Source of the DNA: Malacoraja senta
Taxonomy: Eukaryota
DNA length: 64,000 nucleotides
NCBI GenBank assembly: GCA_038087875.1
Contig: JAXLNO010000073.1
Coordinates: 558,001-622,000 of the forward strand
Reading direction: 5' to 3'
Every line of letters starts with the position of its first letter. Within the stretch, counting starts at the first letter, position 1. This document shows positions 49,456 through 61,011 of this stretch, in pieces. Made by a program: the position numbers and the translations under genes. The notes beneath the pieces were generated by a model. It was given only the letters and a program-made list of their open reading frames with translations, was not told the origin of the DNA and ran no database searches.

Positions 49456-49857
49456 CAGACATTCAGCATCTTATCATCGTGAACAGCCACCGGAATCCGA
49501 CCCGCCCAGTCCGCTGTCATCCGACTTATTTTACAACAGTTAAGTTCATTATTGTGTGGGAAGAAACTGCAGGTGCTGCTTTAAATGAAAGATCGACACA
49601 AAATGCTGGAGTAACTCAGCGGGACAGGCAGCATCTCTGAAGAAGGGTCTCGACCCGAAACGTCACTCATTCCTTCTCTCCATGGATGCTGCCTGTCGCT
49701 CTGAGTTACTCCAGCATCTTGTGTCTATCTTCAGCACGTTATAGCCACGTGAACCGACACAAGGTGAGAAGTTGTGTTTGCGAGCTGCCCAGTCCAATCC
49801 CGCCATCCACGGGTGCTATCACACACGGTGAAAGTGTGGACACACATTATTGCGAGG

Positions 49858-50650
49858 AAAAAGTCAAAAGTCAAAGTCAATTTTATTCGTCACAGGCACC
49901 AAAAGGTGCAGTGAAATGAATTTGCCAGCAGCGATACACTTAAAAAGAACACAGAATACACAATAGAATTTAACACAGACATCCACCACAACATTCTTCA
50001 CTGTGGTGGAAGGCAACATAGTTCAGTTAGTCCTCCTCCTTTGTTCATCCGTGGTCGGCACCATAAACCCTCCGTAGTCGCCGCTACGGATGGTCGGATG
50101 TATAGGCCCTCTCGTCGGGACAGTCAAGCACACTCCGTGGCTTGGAGGTCCCGAATCGGAACTTTCCTACCGGAGACCGCGGCTTCAGGATGTTATAGGC
50201 CGGGGGTCGGAGCTCTTCTCTGGCGATCCCCGGCAAGGGATCCCAGACTGCGGATGGTAATCCACGCCCCGCCCGCTGCTAGAAGCTCCGCAGATCACAG
50301 CCCCATGATGCCAAAGTCACCAGGCCGGCGATCGGAGCACTCCTCTCTGGCGACCCCCGGCAAGGGTTCGCCCGCTCCGCGATGGAAAGTCCGCGCTGCA
50401 CCTGCTGTTGATGCTCCGGGCCCGACTCCGGTAAAGGCCGCTCCAATCCATGTTGTTAGGGAGGTGACATGGAAAAGGTCGCCTCTACGTCAAGGAGGCG
50501 ACCGAAAGCGGCCCCCCCCCCCACACACACACACACACACAAGACACACCAAGAGACACCTAAAGTAACATTAGACACACCAAAAAAACCCCAAAAGAGT
50601 CAAAATAACAAACACGCTGCTGGCAGGGCAGCCGACTTGCAGTGCCCCAA
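49858..50650 (-). mobile_element. GC-rich non-coding element with LINE-like 3' tail, same architecture as 33040-33957
   Basis: (ttgactt)n tail, gacgaataaa, ttgccttccaccacagtgaag motif on -. Confidence 0.55.
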
Positions 50651-51077
50651 ATAGACGCGCTGTGATCTATCAGTGTGTCCACGATCCACTCCCTGAGCTG
50701 ACTGCAGGTGAGGAATTTAATTGCACCCACGGTGTGTTTGTGACAATAAACTGATCAGATTCCAAATCTCAACTGCTGGTCACATAACCCTCTCACTGCC
50801 CCCTGTTGGAGAGCAGAAGAACTGGCGGATCAAGTGAGACGACAAACGGCGGCGTGGGAGAGTGTCGGGTCGATAGGATGGAAGTTGGTCAAGTTGGGGA
50901 TTGTGTTCCCGGCCTGCGCTGGGAGCTGCGGTGATTAAAGCTGACACTCAGAGCTCCAGAAACCCAGGTTCAATTCCCACCTCTGTCGCTTCTGCATGAG
51001 GTTTCTCCGTGCTCCCGTGTCTTGGCACGTTGAGTTTAGTTTATCGTCATGTGTACCGAGATAGAGTGAAAAGCTTT

Positions 51078-51380
51078 TAGTTTAGTTTAGTTTGGAGATA
51101 CAGCGCGCAAAACAGGCCCTTCGGCCCAGCGAGTCCTCACCCACAGGTGATTCCCGCACAGTAACACTACCACACACACACGAGGGACAATTTAAACTTG
51201 TACCGAGCCAATTTACCCAATAACCTGCCCGACTTTGGAGTGTGGGAGGAAACCGAAGATCTCTGTTAAAACCCACAGAGGTCACGGGGAGAACGTACAA
51301 ACTCTGTACAGACAGCACCCGTAGTCAGGATCGAACTCGGGTCTGTGGCGCTGTAAGGCAGTAACTCTACTGCTGCGCCA
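51078..51380 (-). mobile_element. V-SINE/HE1-like SINE
   Basis: (tttag)n tail and SINE body on -. Confidence 0.8.
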
Positions 51381-51453
51381 ACTTGAGTGCGAATATAAAA
51401 GGCAGGTTGCAATTTTATAAAACTTTGACCTGGCCGTAGTTGGTGTATTGTGT

Positions 51454-52147
51454 CATACCTGCCAACATTTGAAAATGAAAAATCTTACTCTGAGCGCGGG
51501 TTGACGGAGCATTACGGGTGGGGTCCAGGGGCCCGCCTTAGATCCCGGATTTTCAGTTTTTTTTTTAGTAGTTTGTCGATATCACGAGATATTCAGAGCT
51601 GCCAAGTTTTGTCAGAGCTTTTCAGTATTCTAGTACCTGAAAATCAGTATTTTGCTGAGGAAATCAGTATTATTACGTGGTGCCATTTTGCTGGATTTTT
51701 TTAATTAATTTAAAAAAATTTAAAGATAAATATTTCATGAAATAAATGACTTCATACAGCTGCAAAAAAGCTTTACAAAGAATGTTACCTGAAATGTCTC
51801 TTTGCCCAGCACTGTGTGCAAACAGCAGAGAAAAGGTGATTTTGGCTGCAGCCATCTTCTTCTTCAGTAAGGGAAGCTGGTCGGTGATTGGCCGCAACGC
51901 ATCTCGGAGACAGCGTCTGATTGACCAGCGCATTCTGTAATTGGACACAATGCCCTTGGAGACAGCGGCTGATTGGATGGGAATTTTAAGGAAAGCTGGC
52001 TCGGTGATTGGACGCAACCCCCTTAGAGACAGCGGTTGATTGGCCGTTTTTTCTTCCTCATTTCAAAATAGTACTGTTCCAATTTTTCACACTTTTAACA
52101 CAAAAATCGAAACAAATACGATAAAATCGGACTCGTTGGCTGGTATG
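51454..52147. mobile_element. Non-autonomous DNA transposon (MITE) inserted in a CR1 fragment
   Basis: TIRs catacctgccaac / gttggctggtatg (12/13 match), flanked by duplicated ttgtgt. Removing it restores the CR1 sequence gtattgtgtgcagttc. Confidence 0.8.
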
Positions 52148-53112
52148 TTGTGTGCAGTTCAGGTCACCCTTACAGGAAGATAGTGGAAGATTTAGAGAGG
52201 GTGCAAAAGAGGTTCACCAGGATGCTGCCTGGATTAGAGTGTATTAGCCATAAGGAGAGGTTGAACAAACGTATTGTTTTCTCTGGAGCGTGGATGATTG
52301 ATGGGAGGCCTAAAAGAAATATACAAAACTCTAAACGTTAAAAGTTTAGTATATTGTCATGCCTACTGAGGTACTTGTTGTGTGCTATCTAATCATCTGA
52401 AAGACTATATATAATAAATATATTAAAACATTATGAGAGGCATAGATAGGGTAGACAGTCGGAACTTTTTTCCCAGGATGGAAATGTAAAAGACAAGAGG
52501 CCATAGCTTTAAACTGAGAGGAGGAAAGTTGCAAGGAGACATACAGGGAAAGTTATTTACACAGAGAGTGGGTGTCCAGAATGTGGTGGTGGAAGCAGAT
52601 ACCAGGAGTGACCTTTAAGATGCTTTTTACATGGATATGGAGGGATATGAGTTGTTTAGGTCGAGATTAGTTTAACTTGGTATGTTCAGCATGGGCATTG
52701 TAGACCGAAGGGCCTGTAGCAGTGCGGTACTGATATATGTTCTATGACTGCATGCGTCTCCACAGATGCTGCTTGACCTGCTGAGATTTGCAGCATTTAG
52801 TGGTTTTTATTGCAGATTTCCAGAGTCTGTACTTTGTTGGTTTAATTTCCATCTTGTTCAGAGTTTAATCCCCAGCTGGGCTACACAAGTGGCCCACAGT
52901 CCGTACCCCAATCCAACAGCACTTCCTGTTTACACACGGGACGCCAGCCAACACCGCAGTGCCTCAGTGACACAGATACTAACCGGTCGGGGTTACCGAG
53001 CAATCGGTGTCGGGTTATTGGAGTTTCACTGTGTGTGGGAGGGGAAAGGGCAAGTCACGAATATAGGGCCAGAATGATCTGCAAAGTGACACAGAATCGT
53101 AGAGTATCGTTT

Positions 53113-53262
53113 ATCTCACTCCCCCTCTCCCTGTACTGTTGCTCTCACTCCCCCTCTCATCCTGCACTGTTACTCTCACTCCCCCTCTCCCTGTACCGTT
53201 ACTCTCACTCTCCCTCTCATCCTGCACTGTTACTCTCACTCCCCCTCTCCCCTGTACTGTTA
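53113..53262. repeat. Minisatellite ctcactccccctctc(cctgt/atcctgc)actgttact; second array at ~54400-54568
   Basis: Directly visible. Confidence 0.85.
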
Positions 53263-53460
53263 TTGTGGGAAGAACTGAACTGTTCTTCTGTCCTGTGATG
53301 AACATGGGCAGCCCTTTGAACTGTGGGATTAGGACGGCACGGTGGCGCAGCAGTAGAGATGCTGCCTCACAGCGCCAGAGACCCAGGTTCGAACCAGACT
53401 ACGGGTGCTGTCTGTACGGAGTTTATACGCTCTCTCTCTGAACGCACGAGTTTTCTCCGA

Positions 53461-53743
53461 TGTGATGTAATTAAAGTGAAGGGGGAGATGTGATGTATTA
53501 GTAATGTACTATCATTGAATGTATCAGAATGGAATTTGTGATGTATATGTAATGTAATATGTAATGTAAATGCCAGTGCCCCTTGAGGCCAAAAACAGAA
53601 GCTGGCAAATGTACCTGTGCCTCGTGACTGAGGTCAAGTGTCCTTCTGGAAGCTTCAGTCATTGCAGATTAAACTTGTCCTACAAGATGTCAGACGTGTA
53701 TTCATTGTGCTAGTCACAACAGGGCCATACAGAGAACATTACA
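53461..53743 (+). mobile_element. Gypsy-like LTR (53489-53743) with upstream polypurine tract
   Basis: PPT gaagggggaga immediately before TGTGATGT...; ends ACATTACA (imperfect inverted termini, TG...CA); internal attaaa. Confidence 0.7.
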
Positions 53744-56179
53744 CCCCCCCCCCCACCTCCCCAATCTCTGGACATCCCCCAAGCCTTTCCACGTCACTTT
53801 AATTTCACGTTTCATGTATTTTGTTATTTTATGACTGTTGGCAGATCAATTTTCCTCCTGGGATAAATAAAGTTCTATCGTATCATAAACACGTCTGGTC
53901 ACTGATCCACAAAGTCAACAACTTGAACACCAGCATGTCTTTTTTTTAATGACGGAACTGTGTTTAGTTTTGAGATGCAGCGAGGACACAGGCCCTTCAG
54001 CCCACCGAGTCTGCACTGACCAGTGATCCCCGCACACGAAGGCTGTCCTACTCGCAATAGGGACATTTATCCCAAGCCAATTAACCTATAAACCTGTATA
54101 CCTTTGGAGTGGGAAGAAACCGGAGCACCCGGGGAAAACCTACATGGTCACAGGGGAACGTACAAACCCTGTACAGCCAACCATTGATAAGGGAAAAATA
54201 CGGAATACTTGATCACAGTGGGTAACCGTGTGAACAATTTTACGTGACCCACTTCAATTTACACCTGTCAAATATGATTGAAAAAGTCTGCATGGTTTGA
54301 ATCCAAAGAGCAGTCTCTTGATCGACTGTTCCCCTCATCTGACCAGTTCTGACATCGTCTGTCCTTCCTCCCTCGTGTACGTTATTCCGACTGTCCTGCT
54401 CACTCCCTCTCCCCGTTAACTGTTACTCTCACTCCCTCTCTCCCTGTGCACTGTTACTCTCACTCCCTCTCTCCCCGTGTACTGTTAATGTCACACCCCC
54501 TCTCCCCGTTTACTGTTAATGTCACTCCCCCTCGCCCCATTTACTGTTACTCTCACTCCCCCCCCCCCTGTGTAAGCCGCGTCTCTTCATGTAAAGCGCA
54601 ACAGGGCGTGTTTACCGGCTTCACCTGGATCGGCCAAGTCGCCGGGAATGTGGTGTCAGGCATCCTGGTATTTTGTCGATGGCGTCTACAAACAGCGAGG
54701 AAACATATGTTCTGTCCTGAGCAACTGTACAACAGAGCAAAGGAGCTGGACTATGTGGAATGTGTCTCTTGCCCAGAGTAGGTGAGTCGAGGACCAGAGG
54801 ACATAGTTTTAAGGTGAAGGGGGAAATATTTAAAAGGAAACTGAGGGATAACTTGTTCACACAGAGGGTGGTGGGTGTACGGAACAAGCTAACAGAGGAG
54901 GTGGTTGAAGCATGGACTATCTTAACGTTTAAGAAACATTTGGACAGGTACATGGATAGAACAGGTTTGGAGGGATATGGGCCAAACGCGGGCAGGTGGA
55001 GGTGCGACATGTTGGCCGATGTGGGCAGGTTGGGCTGAAGGGCCTGTTTCCACACTGCATCGCTCTATGATTCTATGACTATGGAGCTGTGAGCCGTAGA
55101 ACAAAGCGCTGGAGGCACTCAGTGGGTCGGGCAGCATCTGCGGAGGGAATGTGGACAGACCATGTGGATTCCTTCTTCAGAGTGATGGGGGGAGAGAATC
55201 TGGGGCACTAAAAATGTTTTCTCTTCCACAATAATTCTCCACAAATTGCCCTTCGGTGCATTTGCTTATTTACCCCCATCACAGATACTCATCTATCATT
55301 TGCTTCTCATCCCCTCTCCTTCCCATCTCCCCTTCCCCTGTGCCCCACCTGGACTTGCACCCAATTCTCCCCTCCCACCGATATCGCTTCCTCATAATTC
55401 GCAGCTCTTCAATCCTTTTGTCTCACAATTCTGTCTTTTTTTATCTCTGGCCTTTGTCCAACCCTCGTGCAGAGCAGTAGGTATCTGCACTTTATTTTCG
55501 GTATGTGTTATCAATGAATTGATCATCGAGTCATAGAGTGATACAGGCCCTTCGACCCAACTTGCCCACACCGGCCAACATGTCCCAGCTACACCGACTC
55601 TGGGAAGAGACTGTGCGTCTACCCGATCTATTGCTCTCATGATCTTATACACCTCAATAAGATCACCCCTCATCCTCCTGCGCTCCAAGGAATAGAGTCC
55701 CAGTCTTCTCAACCTCTCCCTATACCTCAAACCATCCAGTCCTGGTGACATTGTCGTAAATTTTCTCCGTACCCTTTCCAGCTTGACAACATCTTTCCCT
55801 GAACTCAATCTGATAATTTCCTTTAACCCAACAGGCTATTCAAGGCGCAAGGCATTGGACAGAGAGCAAGGATTCAGAATACTCGTGTTAGTTCCCTGGG
55901 GTGTGGCGGGAAACTCATGACTCAGCGCAAAATACTAATGCACCTTTTATATTCATCCAATATCATTGTTGATATTTTCCCATATAACCTACCACAGGAA
56001 TACCTGGGGGAGTCTCGGACTAGAGGACATAGCCTCAGAATTAAAGAACGTTCTTTTAGGGAGGAGATGCGGAGGAATTTATTTAGTCAGAACGTGATGA
56101 ATCTGGATTTCTTTGCCACAGAAGGCTGTGGAGGTCGTCAGCAGATATTTTAAAGGCAGACATAGATAAGATGCTCTTC

Positions 56180-57045
56180 AATACCCCGTAACACTGCTCT
56201 CTCTCCCCATCCCCCCACTCGTAGCAAGGGAAGAGTCCCCCTAGTCCTCACCTTTCACCCCACTACCCGTCACATACAACAAAAAATCCTCCATCATTTT
56301 CGCCACCTCCAATGTAACCCCACCACTCGCCACATCTTCCCATCTCCCCCCCTGTCTACTTTCCGCAAAGACCGCTCCCTCCGTAACTTCCTGCTCAATT
56401 CTTCCCTTCCCTCCCGCACCAACCCCTCCCCGGGCACTTTCGCTTGCAACCGCAAGAGATGCTACACTTGTCGCTTTACCTCCCCCCTCGACTCCATTCA
56501 AGGACCCAAGCATTCGTTCCAGGTGCGACAGAGGTTCACCTGTACCTCCTCCAACCTCGTCTATTGCATCCGCTGCTCTAGATATCAGCTGATGTACATC
56601 GGTGAGACCAAGCGTTGGCTTGGCGATCGTTTCGCCGAACACCTCCGCTCGGTCCGCATTAACCAACCTGATCTCCCTGTGCCTCAGCAGTTCAATTCCC
56701 CCTCCCATTCCGAATCCGACCTTTCTGTCCTGGGCCTCCTCCATGGCCAGAGTGAGCACCACCGGAAATTGGAGGAGCAGCACCTCATATTTCGCTGGGG
56801 CAGTCTGCACCCCAGCGGTATGAACATTGACTTTTCCAATTTCCGGTAGCCCTTGCTCTCTCCTCCCCTTCTCTGCTCTCCCTCCGCCCTCTGGCTCCTC
56901 CTCTTCCTTTCTCCTTCCTTCTTCCCCCCCCCCCCCCACCCTACATCAGTCTGAAGAAAGGTTTCGGCCTGAAACGCTGCCTATTTCCTTCGCTCCATAG
57001 ATGCTGCTGCACCTGCTGAGTTTCTCCAGCACTTTTGTCTACCTT
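56180..57045 (+). mobile_element. Penelope-like retroelement 3' portion with GIY-YIG endonuclease
   Basis: RVPLVLTFHP...; ORF 56523-56849 FTCTSSNLVYCIRCSRYQLMYIGETKR.LGDRFAEHLRSV...EEQHLIF..GSLHPSGMNIDFS; terminal ctgaagaaaggtttcggcctgaaacg. Confidence 0.88.
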
Positions 57046-57440
57046 AGATAAGATGCTCGATTAGTACGGATCTCAAGGATTATGGGGTGGGCAGGAGAAT
57101 GGGGTTAGGAAGGAGAGATAGATCAACCATGATTGAATGGCAGGATAGACTTGATGGGCCGAATGGCCTAATTCTGCTCCTATCACTTATGACTTTCTAC
57201 AGCTTGAAGCAGTTGAATCCTATTCCCTCCAATTGAGTGGGAACAGGGGGTCCTGATGCAAAACGTCGCCTATCCATGTCCTCCACAGATGCTGCCCGAC
57301 CCGCTGAGTTAATCCAGCGCTGTGTTTTTTATTTGTAATCCAGCATCTGCAGTTCCTTGTGTCTCCCCTCCATGTCCGGACCCTGACCCAGCCCTCGGCC
57401 TCCCTTCCGCCCGCACTCACCGGGGTCCCGCACACACACA

Positions 57441-60400
57441 AAACAGATCCAAGTGATTCTTAGATCACTGGGATCTGTTTTGGGGTAAGGGGGAACTGTA
57501 CAAAAGGGACGGATTGCATCTTAACAGGTGTGGGACCAGCATTCTGGCAGGCAGGTTTGCCACTGCTACACAGGTGGTTTTAAACTGAATAAGGGGGGTG
57601 GGGTGTCGAATGGGATAGTGGAAGATGGAGTTAAAGGGAAAGGGTTTCTTAATTGTGTGAGCGTAGAGCCAGAGGGGTGTAAAATGAGGGTAGAAGCAAT
57701 AGGTAGCAAGGTGAAAAGTAAAAGTGGCAGACAAAACCAGGGCAAAAATCAAAAAGGGCCACTTTTCAACATAATTGTATAAGGGTGTTGTAAAAACAAG
57801 CCTGAAGGCTTTGTATCTCAATGCAAGGAGCATTCGTAATAAGGTGGATGAGTTGAATGTGCAGATAGCTATTAATGACTATGATATAGTTGGGATCACG
57901 GAGACATGGCTCCAGGGTGACCAAGGCTGGGAGCTGAACATCCAGGGATATTCAATATTCAGGAGGGATAGAGAGAAAGGAAAAGGAGGTGGGGTAGCGT
58001 TGCTGATTAGAGAGGAGATTAACCCAATGGAAAGGAAGGACATTAGTTTCGAGGTTGTGGAATCGGTATGGGTAGAGCTGCGAAACACTAAGGGGCAGAA
58101 AACGCTGGTGGGTGTTGTGTACAGGCCACCTAACAGTAGTGAAGTTGGAGATGGTATTAAACAGGAAATTAGAAATGCGTGCGACAAAGGCAAAACAGTT
58201 ATAATGGGTGACTTCAATCTACATATAGATTGGGTGAATCAAATTGGCAGGGGTGCTGAGGAAGAGGATTTCTTGGAATGTATGCGGGATAGTTATCTAA
58301 ATCAACATGTAGAGGAACCAACGAGAGAGCAGGCTATTTTAGACTGGGTATTGAGTAATGAGGAAGGGTTAGTTAGCAGTCTTGTTGTTCGTGCCCCCTT
58401 GGGCAAGAGTGACCATAATATGGTTGAGTTCTTCATTAGGATGGAGAGTGACATTGTTAATTCAGAAACAATGGTTCTGAACTTAAAGAAAGGTAACTTT
58501 GAGGGTATGAGATGTGAATTGGCCAAGATTGACTGGCAATTAATTCTAAAAGGGTTGACGGTGGATATGCAATGGAAGACATTTAAAGACTGCATGGATG
58601 AACTACAAAAATTGTTCATCTCAGTTTGGCAAAAGAATAAATCAGGGAACGTAGTGCATCCGTGGATAACAAGGGAAATCAGGGATGGTATCAAAGCGAA
58701 GGATGATGTGTACAAATTAGCCAGAAAAAGCAGCGTACCGGAGGACTGGGAGAAATTCAGAGACCAGCAGAGGAGGACAAAGGGCTTAATTAGGAAAGGA
58801 AAAATAGATTATGAAAGAAAACTGGCAGGGAACATAAAAACTGACTGCAAAAGTTTTTATAGATATGTGAAAAGAAAGAGATTAGTTAAAACAAATGTAG
58901 GTCCCTTGCAGTCAGAAACAGGTGAGTTGATCATGGGGAACAAGGATATGGCGGACCAATTGAATAACTACTTTGGTTCCATCTTCAATAAGGAAGACAT
59001 AAATAATCTGCCGGAAATAGCACGGGACCGCGGGTCAAAGGAGTTGGAGGAATTGAGTGAAATCCAGCTTAGTCGGGAAGTGGTGTTGGGTAAATTGAAT
59101 GGATTAAAGGCCGATAAATCCCCAGGGCCAGATAGGCTACATCCCAGAGTACTTAAGGAAGTAGCTCCAGAAATAGTGGATGCATTAGTAATAACCTATC
59201 AAAACTCTTTAGATTCTGGAGTAGTTCCTGAGGATTGGCGGGTAGCAAACGTAACCCCACTTTTTAAGAAAGGAGGGAGAGAGCAAACGGGGAATTACAG
59301 ACCAGTTAGTCTAACATCGGTAGTGGGGAAACTGCTAGAGTCAGTTATTAAAGATGGGATAGCAGCACATTTGGAAAGTGGTGAAATCATTGGACAAAGT
59401 CAGCATGGATTTACGAAAGGTAAATCATGTCTGACGAATCTTATAGAATTTTTCGAGGATGTAACTAGTAGCGTGGATAGGGGAGAACCAGTGGATGTGG
59501 TGTATCTGGACTTTCAGAAGGCTTTCGACGAGGTCCCACATAAGAGATTAGTATACAAACTTAAAGCACATGGCATTGGGGGTTCAGTATTGATGTGGAT
59601 AGAGAACTGGCTGGCAAACAGGGAGCAAAGAGTAGGAGTAAACGGGTCCTTTTCACAATGGCAGGCAGTGACTAGTGGGGTACCGCAAGGCTCAGTGCTG
59701 GGACACCAGCTATTTACAATATATATTAATGATCTGGATGAGGGAATTGAAGGCAATATCTCCAAGTTTGCGGATGACACTAAGCTGGGGGGCAGTGTTG
59801 GCTGTGAGGAGGATGCTAGGAGACTGCAAGGTGACTTGGATAGGCTGGGTGAGTGGGCAAATGTTTGGCAGATGCAGTACTGTGGATAATGTGGATAAAT
59901 GTGAGGTTATCCACTTTGGTGGCAAAAACAGGAAAGTAGACTATTATCTGAATGGTGGCCGATTAGGAAATGGGGAGATGCAGCGAGACCTAGGTGTCAT
60001 GGTACACCAGTCATTGAAAGTAGGCATGTTGGTGCAGCAGGCAGTGAAGAAAGCGAATGGTATGTTAGCTTTCATAGCAAAAGGATTTGAGTATAGGAGC
60101 AGGGAGGTTCTACTGCAGTTGTACAGGGTCTTGGTGAGACCACACCTGGAGTATTGCGTACAGTTTTGGTCTCCAAATCTGAGGAAGGACATTATTCCCA
60201 CAGAGGGAGTGCAGAGAAGGTTCACCAGACTGATTCCTGGGATGTCAGGACTGTCTTATGAAGAAAGACTGGATAGACTTGGTTTATACTCGCTAGAATT
60301 TAGGAGATTGAGAGGGGATCTTATAGAAACTTACAAAATTCTTAAGGGGTTGGACAGGCTAGATGCAGGAAGATTGCTCCCGATGTTGGGGAAGTCCAGG

Positions 60401-60688
60401 ACAAGGGGTCACAGCTTAAGGATAAGGGGGAAATCCTTTAAATCCGAGATGAGAACTTTTTTCACACAGAGAGTGGTAAATCTCTGGAACTCTCTGCCAC
60501 AGAGGGTAGTCGAGGCCAGTTCATTGGCTATATTTAAGAGGGAGTTAGATGTGGCCCTTGTGGCTAAAGGGATCAGAGGGTATGGAGAGAAGGCAGGGAC
60601 GGGATACTGAGTTGGATGATCAACCATGATCATATTGAATGGAGGTGCAGGCTCGAAGGGCCGAATGGCCTACTCCTGCACCTATTTT
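57441..60688 (+). mobile_element. Young CR1 LINE (end of esterase ORF1, almost intact ORF2, 3' UTR)
   Basis: HWDLFWG..LYKRDGLHLN; ORF 57775-59889 plus continuation to 60610. Confidence 0.95.
57775..60610 (+). pseudogene. CR1 ORF2 (APE endonuclease + RT), one frameshift at ~59881
   Basis: YLNARSI, ITETWL, YRPP, GDFN, SDHN, KSPGPD, DFQKAFD, GVPQGS, FADD. A 7-nt insertion creates tgtggataa-tgtggataa. Confidence 0.9.
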
Positions 60689-61011
60689 TGTTGCCCACTG
60701 CGGGAACCTCACGGCGGCTAGAGGAGCAGGGACCATGTAGCAGGCGCATTGGACACAGACTCTGGTAACAGCTTGCATGGGCCGCGTGTTTATTGATGCA
60801 GCGCTGCAGAGGGTGAAATCGGTCGAGTGAAGAAAGATCATGAATACTGGACGGTGCATGTGTGCAGGCACTGCAGCGGCAGGGGTGGAGCGCCGAGCGC
60901 TGGGAAGATTTGGTGATGAGGCAGGAGGGGATTACACAGTAAACAACGCCATGAGGCCACTGAGCCGCTGCACTTCCCATCGGCAACATGATGCACGGAG
61001 CTCCCAGGACT

